DNA of 64,000 nucleotides from Lingula anatina (taxonomy: Eukaryota; Animalia; Brachiopoda): contig CM120645.1 in the NCBI GenBank assembly GCA_051362555.1, positions 7,316,001 through 7,380,000 of the forward strand, given 5' to 3'. Under the pieces are notes generated by a model that was given only the letters and a program-made list of their open reading frames with translations, ran no database searches and was not told the DNA's origin. This document shows positions 58,815 through 64,000 of the stretch, in pieces; positions within the stretch are counted from its first letter, which is position 1, and each line of letters begins with the position of its first letter. The translations under genes were made by a program, and so were the position numbers.

Positions 58815-61800
58815 ATGATAAAGTCCTTCGTTGAGACGGATAGGAGCAGTCCCTTTGCCAGTCCGATAAGACACGCACAATGTGAGGTCCCGGAGACCAC
58901 AGAGAGCGTAGAAAACACTACGAGCTCTCCACCGGTTACGGTTAAACAACAAGTCTCGGGTAAGGAATCCACTTATTAATATTCTATCCTTTTTGGAGTC
59001 AATTTATCTCATGGTGATTTATTTACCTCATGGAAAAAAGTGTATGTCAACATGATACGGTTACGTGTAAGGTGAGGCTGGTGGTAGATACCGATTAGGT
59101 AATTAATCCGTTTTATCTATTTTAGCAACAGAACAGCGTTTTTAATAGAATAACGGTATTAAGGAATTCCCGTCGCGTTGTCAAGGTCGGAAGAGTCAGC
59201 GGCAAGGTTATAGACGGGGAGATTTCTCAGTGAAATAGAGATCCTGAATACTATCGAGAAACGCACAATATCGAAATCGTTACAGCATACAGTTTGATAT
59301 TAACCCGACGTAGACGAAGTTTTTTCCTTACAATTAAGGGGCTTACATGTGGGGTAATGTCAAATTGTACTTTCGTGCGTATATTGGGAAAACTATGCCG
59401 CTTGTAAGGTCTGTAGCACTTGCCTGGGCATACGTTCAACACTGCCTGTGCGATTTAAGTATATATCCCTACTAGTATTCATTTACCTTTGCCATTTCAA
59501 CGAGAACATGATAGATGTAGGTGTACGCACTGTCTGTTCCATGTCTGTATTTTAAGAACTGGGGTGAGTTGTGGACGGAATTTTGATCGCGTTTTAACGT
59601 TTTTTGATAGCGGGTCCTGGGGGAGTGCTGAGCCCTTATTTTGGCCTCGTACCCCCTCTCAACTTCGGGGCGCCTAGTTTCCCTTCCACCCCACCCCTAA
59701 AAAAGGGAGAAAAACAAGCAAGCGAAATTATTGACGAAACCGAGCGCTTTCAATCCATGTACCCTTATATTATAATACGTGTACAATGAACTCAGTAAGC
59801 TTTCCTATATTTGCCTTGGGCGAAATAAGCCGACATTTTTTGTTTTCCTACCCAAATCTTAAGGGAGAAAAACTGACAAGAACTTGAATAAGAAAATGCA
59901 TGCAAAAGGTTAACTCCGTTTGACCGATGCTCACTTTGTCACCTCTCAGCAAAATTGTCAAATATACAATTTTTAAAGACATATTTTAATTTATTTTGTT
60001 ATTTTTACTTTATTCTAATTCTATTCTATTCTGTTCTATTCTTTTCTGATTTTTTTCGGTTTTATTTTCTTTTATTTGATTACTAATCCATTGTCCATTC
60101 GTTTTTCAGCCGAGCCTGTAGAGACATACAGTTGTGAGTATGGATCGCTGAAGTTCTTCGCCCTGTGTGGCTGGGGTGGCATCCTCAGCTGCGGGACAAC
60201 CCATACAGCCCTGGTCCCCCTGGACATGGTCAAGTGCCGGATTCAGACAGATCCGGCTAAATATGGCGGCATCATCAACGGATTCAGGGTGTCCCTGAAG
60301 GAGGACGGGATGAGAGGCTTAGCGCGTGGGTGGGCACCCACGTTTTTCGGGTATTCAGCTCAAGGTCTTGGGAAATTTGGGCTCTATGAAGTGTTTAAGT
60401 CTCTGTACTCTGGTGTGCTTGGGGAGGTGGGTATTTCAGTGCATTACAACATTATCTATGAATAGTTATCTCGTAAATAAGTTATCATTATGGAGTTTTA
60501 AATTACGATTAATCTTTTGATTACATAATTTCTCATATTTTTAGAAGCGACAGTTTCCAGGTACTCAAAAAAGAAAAGAATATAGTGATTTAAATAAAAC
60601 GTCCCGTTGACACCTACTTCATATGTTCAAAACGTTTATATTGGACTTTATTATATTTTTAAAATAATGTCAAACTTTAAAGAGTGTTGAAATATTCTTT
60701 TTTTATAAAATCTTTTTCCATACTATCATAACGAAGATGTCAAAGCTAAGTAAGTTCAGAAGAGTGTCTAAACCCACTGTATAATCATCTTTTCACTTTG
60801 ATGAATCATAACTTTAAAAATAATGACCCAGGAAAAGTTGTTTTAACCGCATGATTATCAGTTTCGGAATAATCAAAACACGTGAAGTATTTTAAAGCAT
60901 CATTGTGCAGTTTTGTAGAATTTTAATCCTTAAAAAAAAGCTAACTTACTCAGCCAACTGGACTTTTGCAGAACAATGCTATACGTATACGCCAAATCTC
61001 CACACCCCACCCGATCTACCCCCCCCCATCTAATCTTACCCTTTACCATCCTTATCCGGATCACCAACATCACATTTAAAACTTATTTTATTGTATTGAT
61101 TATGCCAGAAATATTTGAATATTTTCTAAATTATCCTTTTGATTCTGTTCTTCTTACCCCGAGCACCAAAGTATCTTGAGGGTTAATATCAGTTAACGCT
61201 ACAGAAAAGTTTATCACACGACGCCAAAGGCCTTTGATTCTTAGGCTAATATTGGAACTTCTCTTCATTTTAACAAAATCTAAAGGAAAGATCATACGTA
61301 TGGAGGACATCTCTCTACCTGGCTGCCAGCGCCTCTGCCGAGTTCTTCGCCGACATCGCTCTCTGCCCCATGGAATCTGTGAAGGTCAGAATTCAAACAC
61401 AACCTGGCTGGTCAACCACACTGAGAGAGGGATTCCCAAGGATTATGAAGGAGGAAGGGTTGAATGGGTAGGTTTGTTTTTGATTTTCTTCCCCCTCCCC
61501 CAAAAACACACTTCTTCCATTACACGATTGACATGCTATAACGCGTGCGGTATCTTCTATCAACAACTTTCTTCAACCAATAATGTTATGTCAAATAGAT
61601 AAAGTTTGCCTGTATTAGGGAGGCTACAAGTTGATTCTTCAAAATGGAAGATCGTTTGTCATGTTACAGGTTAGAGTAACCCACACCATGTACGTTTGTC
61701 ATCCTCTTGTATAAAAGAACTGCAAGTTTAAAATTTATTTGGAACGTAAATAAATTCTAGTTTCCTCACACAGGCTAAATCATTAGATTTAAACATATCA

Positions 61801-62900
61801 TTCATAGCTTTATTGGAAATCATTACTCGTTACCGAAACCATACAAAATTGGCTTACCAAAACTCGATAGTTGCATTTAAAGAAAGAACTGATTTCATAT
61901 TTACAGATTTTATAAAGGCTTAGTACCACTGTGGGCTCGTCAGATTCCCTACACCATGATGAAATTTGCCTGCTTTGAGAGGACGGTGGAAGCTCTGTAT
62001 AAATATGTCGTGCCCAAACCTCGTTCTGAATGCACTAAACCAGAGCAGTTGGTGGTCACATTCATTGCCGGCTATATTGGTATGGTGACGTATTCCTCAT
62101 TGTTCAATAATAAAAAAAAAAACAGTCCTACAATGTATGTGTGTGTGTGTGAAAGAGAGAGTATTAAACTTCTGTTATTCCTTAATAATGCTTGTTTGAT
62201 GAAAATTACGATATGATATGAAAACATATATAAGTATAATGCTTTAATCTGTTTTTCTATTCCAGCTGGTGTATTCTGTGCCATTGTTAGTCACCCAGCC
62301 GACACCATCGTATCAAAACTTAACCAAGCAAAGGGAAGCAACTTTGTGGAGGTGGCCAAGAGCCTTGGGCTGCTAGGTAATACAGAGATTTATAACCAAG
62401 TTCTCTCAGTACAAATTTAAAAGTTGGGATGCTTGGGAACATTATGTGACAGAGGTTTTGTCCGCATTCTTTCTGGTGTGGGGGGGTATGGGGTTATAAG
62501 ATGTGAAGCAGTCATTCCGCTTATATACTAATATATAATATTTGAAGCAATATCAACGTGGTTAGTTTGTACGGACTTCAACTGTGTGAAAGTGGGTTAA
62601 CTGAAGCGCATTGCAGGGCATCACGTCATATATTCGATTAATGATGTCATCTTGTGCGCTTAACAGAGATTTCAGTTTATAATCGCCGAACGACAGGGGG
62701 TTGTTCAACATATCTCTTTTTTTTTTACTCCAGGCATGTGGAAAGGACTTTTCCCGAGGATTATAATGATTGGTACACTAACTGCGTTGCAGTGGTTCAT
62801 CTACGATTCGGTCAAAGTCTATTACAGGCTGCCACGCCCACCTCCACCAGAGATGCCGGAGAGCCTCAAAGCCAAACTTGCTGCACAAGGGAAGCTTTGA
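58815..62900 (+). CDS. SLC25A3: Mitochondrial phosphate carrier, tandem copy 2 (PiC-A-like), 6 coding exons
   Basis: Exons 58815-58959, 60110-60426, 61286-61467, 61907-62079, 62266-62376, 62734-62900. The last four exons have the same lengths (182, 173, 111, 167 nt) and phases as copy 1. First exon SSPFASPIRHAQC is homologous to copy 1 [13 protein letters not shown]. No stops or frameshifts. Confidence 0.94.
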
Positions 62901-63343
62901 TGATTTAGGACTTAATTTAGAAAGTTGTTTAATGAACGAAGTTTTTTTAATAAATGTTTTACAGAAGTCAATTTGGACTGTAGGGTGAGACTAATAAGCA
63001 GCGGAGTATGTGGAAAAATTTGTAGTAACAGCTTTATTTGAGTTTCAGGCAGAAAACACGTGTTTTGACATTGGTTTTGTTCCATAAGTCGGGTATAATG
63101 TCCAAAAGGCAAACTTGGAGCTTGTATTTTTCAATTGTCAATTCATCACTGTATTGTGAACTTTGAAAACAGCTGCACGTTAAAAGGTTAAGTCACCAGC
63201 AAGCGTTGCAATAACACTGGGTAGTGCACATAATTGAACTGCTCTAACTAATACTCTTTTTAACATGTTTTGAAGGAAGTATGACGACACAGATTTCTGA
63301 GTGTCATCTACAGTCCTTGTTTTTGGCTTGATTACTGCCCTAC

Positions 63344-63374
<31 letters not shown>

Positions 63375-63585
63375 AATTCTTTTTCTTTTTGATTTAAAAA
63401 GTTTTTCAACATGCGTGTAGAAAACTTCAGGCAGGCGGAACGTAACTTGTAAATCACGCAGGCGCGTTTAGACCGGGTCAGCCCTCTACCGGAGTAACTT
63501 CATTCCTAAACGTTAGTCGGCCTGACCTCGATTTGAGTCTGACTTGCTCTGAACACCTTGGAAATCGTGACATTCCCCCGAGTCC

Positions 63586-64000
63586 TCAGTGGTCCATTTT
63601 GAGAAGTGCTCTGCCATTAATCTTGCCTTCCTTGAGCATCATCAGAGCCTTGTTAGCTTGGTCCAGGCTGAAGTATGACATTGGGGGTGGTTTGAGCTGG
63701 AAACAATATTTCAAAAAAGATTCATGTAGTTATGATCTGGAAAATGCAACAGTTATAATTTATCTGCCCATACGTCCCTATTTGTTTGATAAGTACAATG
63801 TATTCCCGGTTTTCCGGAATATACAGCTTTCTTCACTGTGCTTCTACATCAGCCTTTACTTGAGACGTTTGGTGAATTTATTTTGATAAAAATATAAAAA
63901 CCCTCTCTCCCATTTTAACGCACTATAAGTAACAAATAACACGGTCTACCTGTTTCTCGGCCACCAGTTTCACGAGTTCTCTGAGGTGTTGTGGACTGGC
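63586..64000 (-). CDS. 3' end (last two exons) of a zinc-type medium-chain alcohol dehydrogenase-like gene; continues beyond the window
   Basis: Exon >=64000-63950 gives ASPQHLRELVKLVAEKQ, then GT-AG intron, then exon 63696-63586 gives LKPPPMSYFSLDQANKALMMLKEGKINGRALLKMDH*. This matches the MDR/ADH C-terminal pattern. Not in the ORF track. Confidence 0.8.

Noticed and set aside
60427-61285. U12-type intron suggested by the weak AAG acceptor and a TTTTAAC branch-like motif
   Set aside because: The donor is GTGGGT, not GTATCCTT; it is better read as a weak U2 acceptor.
58815-62900. SLC25A3 copy 2 as a pseudogene or a haplotype assembly duplicate
   Set aside because: All exons are in frame with GT-AG sites, and the introns and first two exons are far too diverged to be an allele.

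Overview
This window is AT-rich, intron-containing animal genomic DNA, most likely from an invertebrate bilaterian (species not determinable). Exon chains were assembled by hand from GT-AG boundaries and reading phase. Gene order: intronless class A GPCR (-), SUV39H-type H3K9 methyltransferase (-), IMP4 (-) head-to-head with ISY1 (+), HDHD5/CECR5 (+), PDHB (-) head-to-head with two tandem mitochondrial phosphate carrier genes SLC25A3 (+), and the last two exons of a zinc-type alcohol dehydrogenase-like gene (-). Two intronic snoRNAs are recognisable: a SNORD67-like U6 C60 methylation guide in ISY1 (plus a partial second copy) and a SNORA53-like H/ACA RNA in SLC25A3 copy 1. Mobile DNA includes four CAG...CTG non-autonomous elements with 5-bp target duplications (one nested in another), a Harbinger-like MITE and a decayed L2/CR1-type LINE. 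The most interesting observation is that the two SLC25A3 paralogues differ at the same residues that separate the vertebrate PiC-A and PiC-B mutually exclusive exons, while their downstream exons look homogenised by gene conversion. Comparisons to human sequences are from memory and need a database check.
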